From the NCBI GenBank assembly GCA_026414165.1, contig JAOAJN010000003.1, forward strand, positions 68,172 through 132,171: DNA of 64,000 bases, written 5' to 3'. Positions 27,504-36,310 of the stretch are shown here, in pieces. The stretch comes from Candidatus Methanomethylicaceae archaeon (GTDB lineage Archaea > Thermoproteota > Methanomethylicia > Methanomethylicales > Methanomethylicaceae). Below the pieces are notes generated by a model. The model did no database searches and was not told the DNA's origin. It worked only from the letters and a program-made list of their open reading frames with translations. How positions within the stretch are numbered: the first letter of the stretch is position 1; the number at the start of each line of letters is the position of its first letter. Made by a program: the position numbers and the translations under genes.

Positions 27504-29174
27504 TTAGTGGCTTGGGATAATCAGATCTCGTTCGCCAGCAGGCATGAACTCCCTGAGAGCGCCTTTTCCGAAGCATAGCCTCGGGTGTGTGAAGTCGAAT
27601 TTCAGGTCCTTGTCTGCGAAGGCCACCTTTATCAATGGGTTTGTTGTCCACGCGTCGCCTCTTCCGCCGTGGGCCGCAGAGATTATACCACAATATGCTG
27701 ATTGGTGTCCAACATTGAGTGCGTAGTTGGGGTAGTTTACGCCCCTCAGGTTGAAGGGCAGACCCTCGTCGCTTCTCCATGAGAAACTGTTCGCCGAGCC
27801 GCATTGGTCTTGGCAGTCGTATCCATAGAAGCCAAGTCGTCCCATCTCTTCCTTGTGGAGCAGTTGGCTCAAGTACCAACCATTGATGCCTGCTGTGGAA
27901 TGACCAGTAACCAGTGACACTGAGACACCAGCACCAGCAGCTACCACGGCAGCCCTCTGGGATCCTCCGAAGTGGGTCTCCATTAAGGCAGGATACCGTT
28001 CATACTGCTCAAGACCGTATAAGGTTACCTCCGTGGCAACATCGTTTATCACATCCCAGCTTGGCTTGACTTTTGCGAAGCCGCCGTACTTCTTCCTAAC
28101 GTACTCAGCACCGTAGTAGCAGAAGTCGTCAAGGATGTTGTCAGTGTAAGTGCAGGTCGCATACTGAGTGAAGCCAACACCACCAGACATGTAGCTTCCG
28201 AACCAGAACTGGTCGTAGAGCACAGCCGCCATGGAAATAGCTTCGAGAGCGACCCAGACGGGGTCCTCTGGCTTGACCCTTGAGGCTTGGCAGATATCGG
28301 CCATGTAGCCTAGCGGAATTCCTCCGGGCTCGTTGGGACCCCTTGCTCGCCTCCAAGGCATCAGAGTACCCATCTCTATAACCTCTGCGTGCTTTGCCGC
28401 AAAGGCGAACTCTCCCACCGCAGCCTCTCCAGCCATGAGTTTGTATGCGTTTATCATAGACATTGAGATCTGCATGGCCGCCCATCTTGACATTGTGCCT
28501 CCGTCGCATGTCATCGCTACGAGTGTTGGCATGCGGCATACCTGGTAAATGCGTTTTCCAATAGCAGCCTTCAGCTGTGCCGCCTGCTCAGCAGGGAACT
28601 CCTTGTTTATGTCGATGAGAAATCTGTCGTCGATCTCGTCTGCAAGCTCGTCGTCACCCGTGAATACCTTAACGTAGCTGTCCGAGACTAGCCCAGGGTG
28701 GGTCTCGACCATGTGCTCTTGAACTACAGCAGCACCTGGCAGTGCGTGGTTGAGTACTTCCAGATAGTGGTTCACGGTTTCAGGGGTGACTTCCTTCCCG
28801 AGTCGCTTCTGCAGGACCGTGTGTGCAGCATCTAGTCCAACAATCACAGTCCGCCTTATGTCATGCCACATCTGCTGCATCGCGGCGTTGTTTATGAAGT
28901 GAAGGTCGTCGCCCTCGCAGTATATGTCTGTTCCCGATAGGCGGTAAGGCATTAAGACTCTTTGTCCTAGCGGGATGCCGCCGAGGTGGAGGTCGGGGTT
29001 GTAAAATGGAACTTTCCTCTCCTTGGCTACCTTTTGAGCAGCCTCTACGAACTCCCTCTTCCTCTTGGACTGCTTCCATCCGTCATAGATGTAGAATTTT
29101 GTTTGTTTCTCTTCAGGAGACTCCTTGAACTTTCTCCTGAGCGCTTCTAAGAACATCTTCTTCTCTTCGCTCAT
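27504..29174 (-). CDS. mcrA: Methyl-coenzyme M reductase alpha subunit
   Basis: 556 aa. Hallmark segments are [51 protein letters not shown] and NYPNYA. GGAGGA lies 5 nt before the ATG. Confidence 0.97.
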   Translation of the reverse strand: MSEEKKMFLEALRRKFKESPEEKQTKFYIYDGWKQSKRKREFVEAAQKVAKERKVPFYNPDLHLGGIPLGQRVLMPYRLSGTDIYCEGDDLHFINNAAMQQMWHDIRRTVIVGLDAAHTVLQKRLGKEVTPETVNHYLEVLNHALPGAAVVQEHMVETHPGLVSDSYVKVFTGDDELADEIDDRFLIDINKEFPAEQAAQLKAAIGKRIYQVCRMPTLVAMTCDGGTMSRWAAMQISMSMINAYKLMAGEAAVGEFAFAAKHAEVIEMGTLMPWRRARGPNEPGGIPLGYMADICQASRVKPEDPVWVALEAISMAAVLYDQFWFGSYMSGGVGFTQYATCTYTDNILDDFCYYGAEYVRKKYGGFAKVKPSWDVINDVATEVTLYGLEQYERYPALMETHFGGSQRAAVVAAGAGVSVSLVTGHSTAGINGWYLSQLLHKEEMGRLGFYGYDCQDQCGSANSFSWRSDEGLPFNLRGVNYPNYALNVGHQSAYCGIISAAHGGRGDAWTTNPLIKVAFADKDLKFDFTHPRLCFGKGALREFMPAGERDLIIPSH

Positions 29175-29185
29175 TACAAATCCTC

Positions 29186-29962
29186 CTAAATCTCTTTCAC
29201 CCTGTTAGGATCAAAACCTGCCTCTGTTCTGAGCATGTGAATTCTCTGGACAAACTGGATAAGTTCCTTGTCATTTCTGAAGGCTTCTCCGTCAACTCTG
29301 AACTGGCTGGTTATTTTTCTCAACTCCTCTTCGGGGGCGGGTTTTCCTACATATATTGGCCTGTCGAGTGGAACTCCAACCTGATCCTTCACATAAACGA
29401 CCTCGCCCTTGTTCTTGTCATATTGGAACCTGCGCAGAGCATCGAACATTAGACCGTTCTCGTCGAGTCTCAGTGCATGACCATGAACTGTGGCACCTCT
29501 GATACCGACCCTCGCCGGATCGAATATTTCGGTCTCCACAAGTTCTTTAGCTACCTTTTCAAGGTCGCGCTCTCGGGCCTCAAGTGGGACGCGGCCTGAT
29601 AGGACGCCAATGTCCACTCCGCGGTATCGCATGTGACCCATCCAAGCCCTCATGTATGGAGTCAGCGGAGCAAAGTACACAGAGTCCGTGAATTGTATGT
29701 AGCGAATCCTGTCACCAGCCTTGGCTCCGGGCGTGGGTTCCACAAGTTCCCTTATGGGGCATGCGGGCTCACCAAGCTCCTCTAAGGGAGGATGGACGCT
29801 CTTGTAAGCCTCCCCTGGAACCCTGTGCCCCATTAATCTAACCAAGTCATCGTCGCTTATTGTCCTTAGCTTTCTAAGTTTGTAATTAGGATCAATGTAT
29901 TTTCGCCGGTTGGCGGATACATTTGACCCTCCAGGGTAATATTGGGGTTTATATTCAACCAT
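29186..29962 (-). CDS. mcrG: Methyl-coenzyme M reductase gamma subunit
   Basis: [15 protein letters not shown]...[16 protein letters not shown]...[18 protein letters not shown]...[12 protein letters not shown]. The ATG starts 1 nt after the mcrB TAA. Confidence 0.95.
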   Translation of the reverse strand: MVEYKPQYYPGGSNVSANRRKYIDPNYKLRKLRTISDDDLVRLMGHRVPGEAYKSVHPPLEELGEPACPIRELVEPTPGAKAGDRIRYIQFTDSVYFAPLTPYMRAWMGHMRYRGVDIGVLSGRVPLEARERDLEKVAKELVETEIFDPARVGIRGATVHGHALRLDENGLMFDALRRFQYDKNKGEVVYVKDQVGVPLDRPIYVGKPAPEEELRKITSQFRVDGEAFRNDKELIQFVQRIHMLRTEAGFDPNRVKEI

Positions 29963-29963
29963 T

Positions 29964-31298
29964 TTATACTCCTCCTTTTATTGAGACCGCGGCCTCATTA
30001 ACGTACCGCAAAGATTCCCTAAGCTCAGGCACTTCGCTCAGTACCTCGCCGACTACGCCGCTGATTCTTTCTGGTGTGTAGATGGTAGTTCCAGCATCAA
30101 GTGCCACGGCAGCAGCCACACATGGGATTGTGAAGCCTTTGCTGTGTCGGGTCACTATGTGGTTTCCGTGAAAGACTGCGGGGTTTCCTCCGCCATAGAT
30201 CGAGTGACTGAAGAAGGACATCTCCACACCTGTACCTGTTACTCTGCCAAAGTCCACTCCTGGGAGACCAGTCTCCCTCTCCAGGAGGTCATTGAAGTAT
30301 ATGAAGACTGATGGGGCGTGTTGCATAGATCTCGCAGAACCACAGGTTATCATTGTCCCTGCCAAGAGTCCTGCAGCAGCATAGGCATTCCACTTGTTGA
30401 GATCGCTTGTCGTGTAGAGCGTATATCCAGCAGGGGTCTTCTTTAACGGCTTGATCACACCGTCTGAGAGTGCTCTCTTTACAGTCGATATGACTACGTC
30501 TCCCAGTGTTCCAGTTTTTGCATTCTCTTTCACAAGGTCATAGACTATGTTGTCGGCATTCAAGCCCTGATAGGCTAGACCCAAGAGGTGTAACCTCTCA
30601 AAGCTACCAATGGCGTCGCCCATCTCAAACATAGCAGTCTGTTCCAAGATCGCTGAAAGGGCAGCAGCATTCATAGCATTCTTCTTTGCGATCAGAGCTA
30701 TGTGTGCGCACGGTATGTTTCTGAGGGCGTAGCCCATGCCTTCATTCTGCTGCGGTACTGCCAAGAGTGAGGATACATTTCCACCCAGCATCTCCATAGT
30801 TTGGGGATATCTCCCCCAGACGGCGGCATGTATGAGATCTGCATCCCATATGTTGACGTTAAAGTTCTCGATTATTGTGCAGCAGAGGGCAGCAGCTACA
30901 GCTGTTGCTCCGGTAGTGTACTCAACTCCAGCGTTGAGTCTTTTTGCTGGGACTTTCACAAGGAGGTGCTTTCCGCCCTTTAGAACCTTAACCTCGGTGT
31001 CGTCATCTGGATCTACTTGCAAACACTTCTTCAAAGAGTCTGCCACACTGCCTGCGTTCTTTACAAGATCGAGTTTCAGAGATCTGCCCCTGATGATACA
31101 CCATTTTCCGCCGACTTCACCAGTATCAAGCGCCTTCTCGACACCTTCCAAGTTAACAGCAACGCATTGTTTCACATAGGAGATGATTTTTTGTATGGCA
31201 GTGTTTTTAAGTGGACTCAGAGCCTCAACCGGAACGTTTGTGTCAAAGAGCTTCCCGCGGTCGTCGTACAAGTTCACTTTGTCCGGATATTTTGGCAT
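29964..31298 (-). CDS. mcrB: Methyl-coenzyme M reductase beta subunit
   Basis: [16 protein letters not shown]...[37 protein letters not shown]. The ATG at 31298 is preceded by GAGAGGAG. The ORF-track start at 31364 is 5'-UTR read-through. Confidence 0.95.
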   Translation of the reverse strand: MPKYPDKVNLYDDRGKLFDTNVPVEALSPLKNTAIQKIISYVKQCVAVNLEGVEKALDTGEVGGKWCIIRGRSLKLDLVKNAGSVADSLKKCLQVDPDDDTEVKVLKGGKHLLVKVPAKRLNAGVEYTTGATAVAAALCCTIIENFNVNIWDADLIHAAVWGRYPQTMEMLGGNVSSLLAVPQQNEGMGYALRNIPCAHIALIAKKNAMNAAALSAILEQTAMFEMGDAIGSFERLHLLGLAYQGLNADNIVYDLVKENAKTGTLGDVVISTVKRALSDGVIKPLKKTPAGYTLYTTSDLNKWNAYAAAGLLAGTMITCGSARSMQHAPSVFIYFNDLLERETGLPGVDFGRVTGTGVEMSFFSHSIYGGGNPAVFHGNHIVTRHSKGFTIPCVAAAVALDAGTTIYTPERISGVVGEVLSEVPELRESLRYVNEAAVSIKGGV

Positions 31299-31452
31299 AA
31301 AACTCCTCTCTGTAGATTTCTTAGGTGAGAATAGATAACTGGAGGTTAAAAATCTTGCCCTCAATCCTGAAATTAAAATAAATTGTATTAAAGTGATTTT
31401 AAGAGTTTATATTTTTATTTTTTATTAATTATTAATAGAAAACATTTATAGA
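31299..31452 (-). promoter_or_regulatory. mcrBGA promoter and 5'-UTR region
   Basis: A 154-nt, very AT-rich spacer. The minus-strand reading begins TCTATAAATG, followed by ATTAAT-A-ATTAAT (31424-31436) and AAAATAAAAATATAAAC. It ends with a strong GAGGAG ribosome-binding site. Confidence 0.5.
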
Positions 31453-31995
31453 CTAACCAGTAGATGTTATTTTTTCCACGAGGAGGTATACAGAGTCCAA
31501 AAGATTTGATTCTTCAACCTTTATTGTAGCGATTGGGATTCGCACAAACTTCTCTATTATACTGGCGACTATGGAGGCGCAGACCAGACCGTTTACATGC
31601 TCCCGCTCAGCCTTTATAGCGCTTATAATTGCATCCTCTATTGTCAATGCAGGGTATTCTTTTATTATCACGCGCTTACCTTTCGCTAATAGCTGGTGTT
31701 TTGAGAGAGCGTCAAGAGAAGGTCTTGCAGCAATTATCCCAATAATGATGTCTGCAGGTGGAGCTTCAAGAGAGTGGAGGTACTTAAGAATGTCTCTGAG
31801 TGTGGATAAGCGGAGATCTCTACACTCGGAAAGTATCTTATTTATGGTGCTGAGGGGGACGCCAGAACCATCGCTAAGATCCTTTGCAGATATGCCCATA
31901 CGTCGCATTATAGATTTGAGAGTTGATGAAAATGTCTCGTTTGACGTTAGGGCAGCATTTAAAAGTTCATCACGGATTGTTAGCTCTCTTTCCAT
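31453..31995 (-). CDS. XRE-family HTH regulator with an uncharacterised C-terminal alpha/beta domain
   Basis: The HTH is LKSIMRRMGISAKDLSDGSGVPLSTINKILS. It is the last gene of the ABC-transporter operon: ATG 31995 lies 1 nt after the ATPase stop. It sits immediately upstream of the mcr promoter. Confidence 0.65.
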   Translation of the reverse strand: MERELTIRDELLNAALTSNETFSSTLKSIMRRMGISAKDLSDGSGVPLSTINKILSECRDLRLSTLRDILKYLHSLEAPPADIIIGIIAARPSLDALSKHQLLAKGKRVIIKEYPALTIEDAIISAIKAEREHVNGLVCASIVASIIEKFVRIPIATIKVEESNLLDSVYLLVEKITSTG

Positions 31996-31996
31996 T

Positions 31997-32767
31997 TCAG
32001 ATACCCTCCAATTCCTCATGGAAGGCGGTCAAGATGCGCTCACGGTAGGAGATGAAGGGAGGACTCAGCCTAGCCCTTGGATATGGAAGATCTATGTTGA
32101 TTATCTGCTTAACTCTTGAAGGACGCTTGGTAAGAACAAAGACTCTCTGTGCAAGAAAGACCGCCTCCTCTACATTATGAGTTATAAACAGGACGGTCTT
32201 ATTGAGTTTTGACCATATGTTCAGAAGCTCCCTCTGCATGAGTGATCTTGTCTGGGCGTCGAGATCCGCAAAGGGCTCATCCATCAATATGAGATCAGGA
32301 TTTATGGCCAAAGCCCTAGCTATGGCAACCCTCTTCTTCATGCCGCCCGAAATTTGGTGCGGGTAATAGTTTTCAAACCCTTGTAAACCTACGAGCTCGA
32401 TATAGGTTCTGGCGATTTTTTCATGCTCGCTCTCTTTATAGCCTTGAAGCTCTAGTCCAAATTTGACGTTTCCGATAACTGTCCTCCATGGTAGCAAAGA
32501 GTCCTCTTGAAAGATCACACCAAACCTCTGCTTTCGGGGGTCTGGAGGGTCGCCAAAAATAAGAATTCTGCCAGAAGTGGGTGGCTCAAGCCCCGAGACG
32601 AGTCTGAGAAGTGTGGTTTTACCACATCCTGATGGTCCGACTATGCATACAAATTCGTTTTCGTTTACATCAAACGTGAGGCTTTTTATAACCTCTAAGG
32701 AGCTTGAGCCGACCTCGTATTTTTTGGATACCGATTCTAGCAAGATCGCTTTTTTCAATTTGCACAC
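31997..32767 (-). CDS. ABC transporter ATPase, NitT/TauT (sulfonate/nitrate/taurine) family
   Basis: GPSGCGKTT, FQEDSLLPWRTV, ISGGMKKRVAIARAL and LMDEPF. The single-cassette length of ~256 aa is typical of SsuB/TauB. Confidence 0.85.
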   Translation of the reverse strand: MCKLKKAILLESVSKKYEVGSSSLEVIKSLTFDVNENEFVCIVGPSGCGKTTLLRLVSGLEPPTSGRILIFGDPPDPRKQRFGVIFQEDSLLPWRTVIGNVKFGLELQGYKESEHEKIARTYIELVGLQGFENYYPHQISGGMKKRVAIARALAINPDLILMDEPFADLDAQTRSLMQRELLNIWSKLNKTVLFITHNVEEAVFLAQRVFVLTKRPSRVKQIINIDLPYPRARLSPPFISYRERILTAFHEELEGI

Positions 32768-33568
32768 CTACGCCCTTATCTCAACCCTCCACTTAAACAG
32801 CCTCTTCTCTAGAAGTAGAATGAAGTAATTCAGCGTAAGACCTATCAGACCAATAGTTATCATGCCTACTATTACCACATCAATTTGGAGCAGATTTGCA
32901 TATTTTAGTATCAGCCTTCCGAGACCTACGGGCTCACCACCAATCATCTCAGCCGCAACTATACACATCCAACCAACTCCAAGTCCCACCCTAAGCCCGT
33001 TCATAATCTCGGGGAGCGAGCTTGGGAATATGACCCTTGCGATTATCTTTTTGTTGTCCGCGCCGAATGTCTTCGCCATCTGTATCAGCGTTATTGAGGT
33101 TCTTTTAACGCCAGCTATAGTATCCAGCAGCACTGGGAAAAAAACCCCTATCCATATCAAAAAAATATACCTCCAGAGACCTATGAGTAGAACGATCGAA
33201 AGAGGGATCCAAGCTATTGGCGGAATAAATCGAAGTGGCTCGATAATGGGTGTGACGGCGCCTTTTAGTGTGGGTTTTATTCCTAGCAACATTCCAATCG
33301 GAACGCCTGTTGCAGCGCCAACAATAAATCCGAGTAAGACGCGCTCAAGACTCACCAGTGCATGCCAGGTCAAAGTGTAACCATCGATGTCTCCGACGGT
33401 TAACATAGTGATAAAAGCCTTAAGGACCGAGTAGGGATCTGGAACATATGGAGACGGGGAATAGAGAGCGATTAGTTCCCAAAAAATAAAGAACATTATT
33501 ACTGATGATAAAGCAAAGAGTAGAGACCGCAGGCGGCGATATTGTTTTTTTATTGGGATCATTTTCAA
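32768..33568 (-). CDS. ABC transporter permease, NitT/TauT family
   Basis: About six hydrophobic helices, abutting the ATPase gene. It resembles SsuC/TauC in size and layout. Confidence 0.8.
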   Translation of the reverse strand: MKMIPIKKQYRRLRSLLFALSSVIMFFIFWELIALYSPSPYVPDPYSVLKAFITMLTVGDIDGYTLTWHALVSLERVLLGFIVGAATGVPIGMLLGIKPTLKGAVTPIIEPLRFIPPIAWIPLSIVLLIGLWRYIFLIWIGVFFPVLLDTIAGVKRTSITLIQMAKTFGADNKKIIARVIFPSSLPEIMNGLRVGLGVGWMCIVAAEMIGGEPVGLGRLILKYANLLQIDVVIVGMITIGLIGLTLNYFILLLEKRLFKWRVEIRA

Positions 33569-34548
33569 CCAGCAACATATTTGGTATTTATAAATCCGTT
33601 TATGAAACTATCTACTTGATTTATATCTACATTTTTGATTATGCCAAGCCTAATCATGTTGACAAGGAATTCTCTAATGCTGTCAACGTTTACTGATTTT
33701 GAGAAGTACATGTGTGAAAACGCAAGCTCTATCACTTGTGCTGGTAATTTGGTGACGTTCATCGCGATCTCTTTAGCCTGGGCGGGGTTTGTGTTAATAA
33801 AGTCTATGGCGGTCCTATGTATTTGAATCACCTTATCTACTATTTCGGGATGTGCTGCAAGGAACTTGTCCGAGACCACAAGGACGCAGCATTGATGATT
33901 TGGCATTATGTCGTGGGAGGTGAGCAGTATCGAGGCATTGCTTTGATAGACGGCAATCGACGGGTAGGGCTCCCAACCTATAAATCCGTCGATCTCACCC
34001 CTTCCATACTGCAATGGTAGATCAGATACACGCCCCGGATATTTTGTGATCGTTAGATTGTTGTTCTTTGCGTATGTTGAGATAAGAACATCCTGAATTG
34101 TTCCAGTACCAGGTGTCCCTATCTTTTTGTTGTTCAGATCTATTATGCTCCTTATAATGTTGGGGTTTACTACCAAGGCGGATCCTTCTAAATTCCCAGA
34201 TCCTATTACTATGGGCAGATATGTCGCATTAGAGGCTAACCCGCTGGCTCTGGCCGTCAGTGCTGGAGGAGTGCCAACGTACGCAAAGTCGAGCTCCCCG
34301 ACTACAAAATGCTGCATGAGAGTTGGCCCGTTTATGTATTCATAAAGCTCATATTCAATACCGTATTGTGCAAAATAATTTTTCGTAATTGCGATGTGAA
34401 GCGCCAGATGGTGCAGATCTCCTGTAAGATAGCCTATCCGAACCTTTACCTTTGGAGCAGGTGATAGGAGCCCAGCACTATACATCCCTGCTACCGCACC
34501 CAAAGCTACAATAAGGATAATTGATATCACTATAATACTTTTTTTCAT
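33565..34548 (-). CDS. NMT1/SsuA-like substrate-binding protein (membrane-anchored)
   Basis: An N-terminal anchor helix, then IGYLTGDLHHLALHIA...GELDFAYVGTPPA...GFIGWEPY, typical of SsuA/TauA/ThiY-type binding proteins. It overlaps the permease gene by 4 nt. Confidence 0.75.
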   Translation of the reverse strand: MKKSIIVISIILIVALGAVAGMYSAGLLSPAPKVKVRIGYLTGDLHHLALHIAITKNYFAQYGIEYELYEYINGPTLMQHFVVGELDFAYVGTPPALTARASGLASNATYLPIVIGSGNLEGSALVVNPNIIRSIIDLNNKKIGTPGTGTIQDVLISTYAKNNNLTITKYPGRVSDLPLQYGRGEIDGFIGWEPYPSIAVYQSNASILLTSHDIMPNHQCCVLVVSDKFLAAHPEIVDKVIQIHRTAIDFINTNPAQAKEIAMNVTKLPAQVIELAFSHMYFSKSVNVDSIREFLVNMIRLGIIKNVDINQVDSFINGFINTKYVAG

Positions 34549-34625
34549 GTTAATAATTCCCTCAAAACTGTCTTAATGTATCATAAATTTATAATTTTCG
34601 CCAAAAATTGTAGAAGTGAAAGAGA

Positions 34626-35270
34626 TCAAGATTCAAGGATGCAGAAGAGAGCTGCTGCCAGTGTTCCAAGTTCTGCAGCATTTCTATCTTCTGCGAACCC
34701 AATAAATATGAAATCGCCATTCTCAAGGGAGAAGGAGTTTTTAATCATTGATACAAGTTTTGGATAATCTTTTGAGACGTCGTCCACTATCATCGGAAGT
34801 GAAATCTTTGAGTCTTTGACATTAAAAACCAGCATGCCTTCTGCCCCGTTTCTGACTGCAACATCTCTGAGTTTTGTAATAGGGATCGTAAATGCAGACG
34901 AACCCCTAACTTGAATTGCAAAGGATGGAAGCTGAATGCCAAACTCTTCTAAAGTAAACTCTTTTGAAGATAAAATTGTCTGGCGAAGTTCATTTACTAT
35001 ACTCTTGCCCCACTCCGTCAAATTGCAGCCTCCAACGGGGTCTACGTAGACCAGAGCATGTTCTGTAAGCTTCTTAACAAGGGTTCGGGCCGAACCTTCT
35101 CCTAGACCTAGCATTTTTGACATTGATTGGCGACCCATGCTACCTTGCTCCAATAATAGGAGAGCCTTTACAATATGGACAGGCTTAAAAGCGGGAGAAG
35201 GACCCTTTGGGATCTCGCTTCGTGAGAGTTCGGTTAGAAGTGCTTTCAGTTTCGTCAACCCATTCCCCAT
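34626..35270 (-). CDS. Winged-helix DNA-binding protein with a DUF4443-like C-terminal domain (tentative)
   Basis: The wHTH-like segment is GRQSMSKMLGLGEGSARTLVKKLTEHALV. The C-terminal domain is uncharacterised. Confidence 0.45.
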   Translation of the reverse strand: MGNGLTKLKALLTELSRSEIPKGPSPAFKPVHIVKALLLLEQGSMGRQSMSKMLGLGEGSARTLVKKLTEHALVYVDPVGGCNLTEWGKSIVNELRQTILSSKEFTLEEFGIQLPSFAIQVRGSSAFTIPITKLRDVAVRNGAEGMLVFNVKDSKISLPMIVDDVSKDYPKLVSMIKNSFSLENGDFIFIGFAEDRNAAELGTLAAALFCILES

Positions 35271-35360
35271 TCTCTTCTATATCGCTCGGGAGGATATTCT
35301 CTTTTTCGGTCGGCAAAGATTAAGTGTCAGACTGCAGAGTTATTGATGTGAGGGAGTATT

Positions 35361-35681
35361 ATGCCGTACTGCCAAAATTGTGGGAGCCAAGTAGCTCAGG
35401 ATGCCAAATACTGTCCATACTGCGGAACTAAACTTGAGAAAAGATTTACCGAAGAATTCTCAATAGCGGCTAACGAGCTGATAAAGAAAGTAGAAGAGCT
35501 GATCCATGAGGGGAATGTAACAAGGATAATTGTTAAGGATGAGGCAGGCAAGACACTTCTCGAGATACCTGTCACGGTAGGTATCGTGGGAGCCATACTC
35601 GCACCTTGGCTGGCAGCACTAGGAGTTATCGCAGCATTGGCAACACGTTGTAAAATAGTTGTCGAAAGAAAAATTGAATAG
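35361..35681 (+). CDS. Zinc-ribbon protein with a DUF4342-like domain and a C-terminal hydrophobic helix
   Basis: MPYCQNCGSQVAQDAKYCPYCG is the zinc ribbon. It is followed by NVTRIIVKDEAGKTLLEIPVTVGIVGAILAPW. Confidence 0.6.
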   Translation: MPYCQNCGSQVAQDAKYCPYCGTKLEKRFTEEFSIAANELIKKVEELIHEGNVTRIIVKDEAGKTLLEIPVTVGIVGAILAPWLAALGVIAALATRCKIVVERKIE

Positions 35682-35880
35682 ACGTATTAAAATTATATTC
35701 TTGATGGTCCACCATTGAAGGTTACAGGCTTTCGTATTTTTGGTAAAAGTCAACAATTTTTGGAGAGTGCAGAACTTTAGAAATGGATATTAAGCGACCT
35801 AAAACTCTTAAAGGGAGGGGAAAGTTGTAGAGAGTATTAGGAAAAAGGGCTTGGGTCTTAGTAGATGCTTTAGGAGTGCT

Positions 35881-36309
35881 GTGGTAAAATCCAATAGAAG
35901 TGGAAGGCTACTGTTTGTGGGGACCCCATACACCTTCTTACCTTTTGCTGAATTTTTGACCTATAGCATAAGGGACTTACCCATAAGGACTTACTTCTCT
36001 CCGAATGGTTAGATTGATAAGATCGTGGAGATAGTTGACATGAAAGGCTATGGTCACTCGTTAGGGAAGTGTTTCGTTGGAAAAGATTTTCAAATTGTTG
36101 TATTGTTGGGTGGGCTAGCTATGCCAAAATCACAAGTCGATCCAATCGCTTTAAAACAAAAATTGAGTTCTATGAGTGCACTTGACTGTGTGGTAGGGGT
36201 CTGCTTCCAAGGCGTGATGGATAAGCCTGGATGGAAAGACATATTCAAGTTCAAATATTTTATAAACGCAGATTTATCCAAAGTAAGTTTATTTGAGTTG
36301 GGTGAGTGA
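35881..36309 (+). pseudogene. Conserved-looking ORF interrupted by a single in-frame TAG at 36010-36012 (pseudogene, readthrough or recoding)
   Basis: GTG 35881 is preceded by AGGAG. The upstream part reads MVKSNRSGRLLFVGTPYTFLPFAEFLTYSIRDLPIRTYFSPNG, then TAG. The same frame continues IDKIVEIVDMKGYGHSLGKCFVGKDFQIVVLLGGLAMPKS... to TGA at 36307-36309. I checked the frame by hand. Confidence 0.45.
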
Positions 36310-36310
36310 A

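Noticed and set aside
27448-29079. Alternative-frame ORFs inside mcrA (27448-27879, 28141-28539 and 28861-29079 on the minus strand; 28333-28548 on the plus strand).
   Set aside because: They give Arg/Gly/Pro-rich nonsense translations overlapping the unambiguous McrA frame.
31299-31364. A 22-codon N-terminal extension of mcrB in the ORF track (MRARFLTSSYLFSPKKSTERSF).
   Set aside because: The internal ATG at 31298 has a strong GAGAGGAG ribosome-binding site and gives the canonical McrB N-terminus ([15 protein letters not shown]). The extension is 5'-UTR. Similar extensions were trimmed for mmp7 (6173), nadE (14456), gatC (46274) and porC (37631).
36010-36012. The idea that TAG is generally reassigned (pyrrolysine or sense codon) in this organism.
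   Set aside because: TAG is the terminator of many confident genes in this window (ends at 1548, 18392, 19575, 35681, 40608, 46627 and 50411, plus mcrG). Any recoding would therefore have to be local. It is kept only as one of several explanations in the finding.
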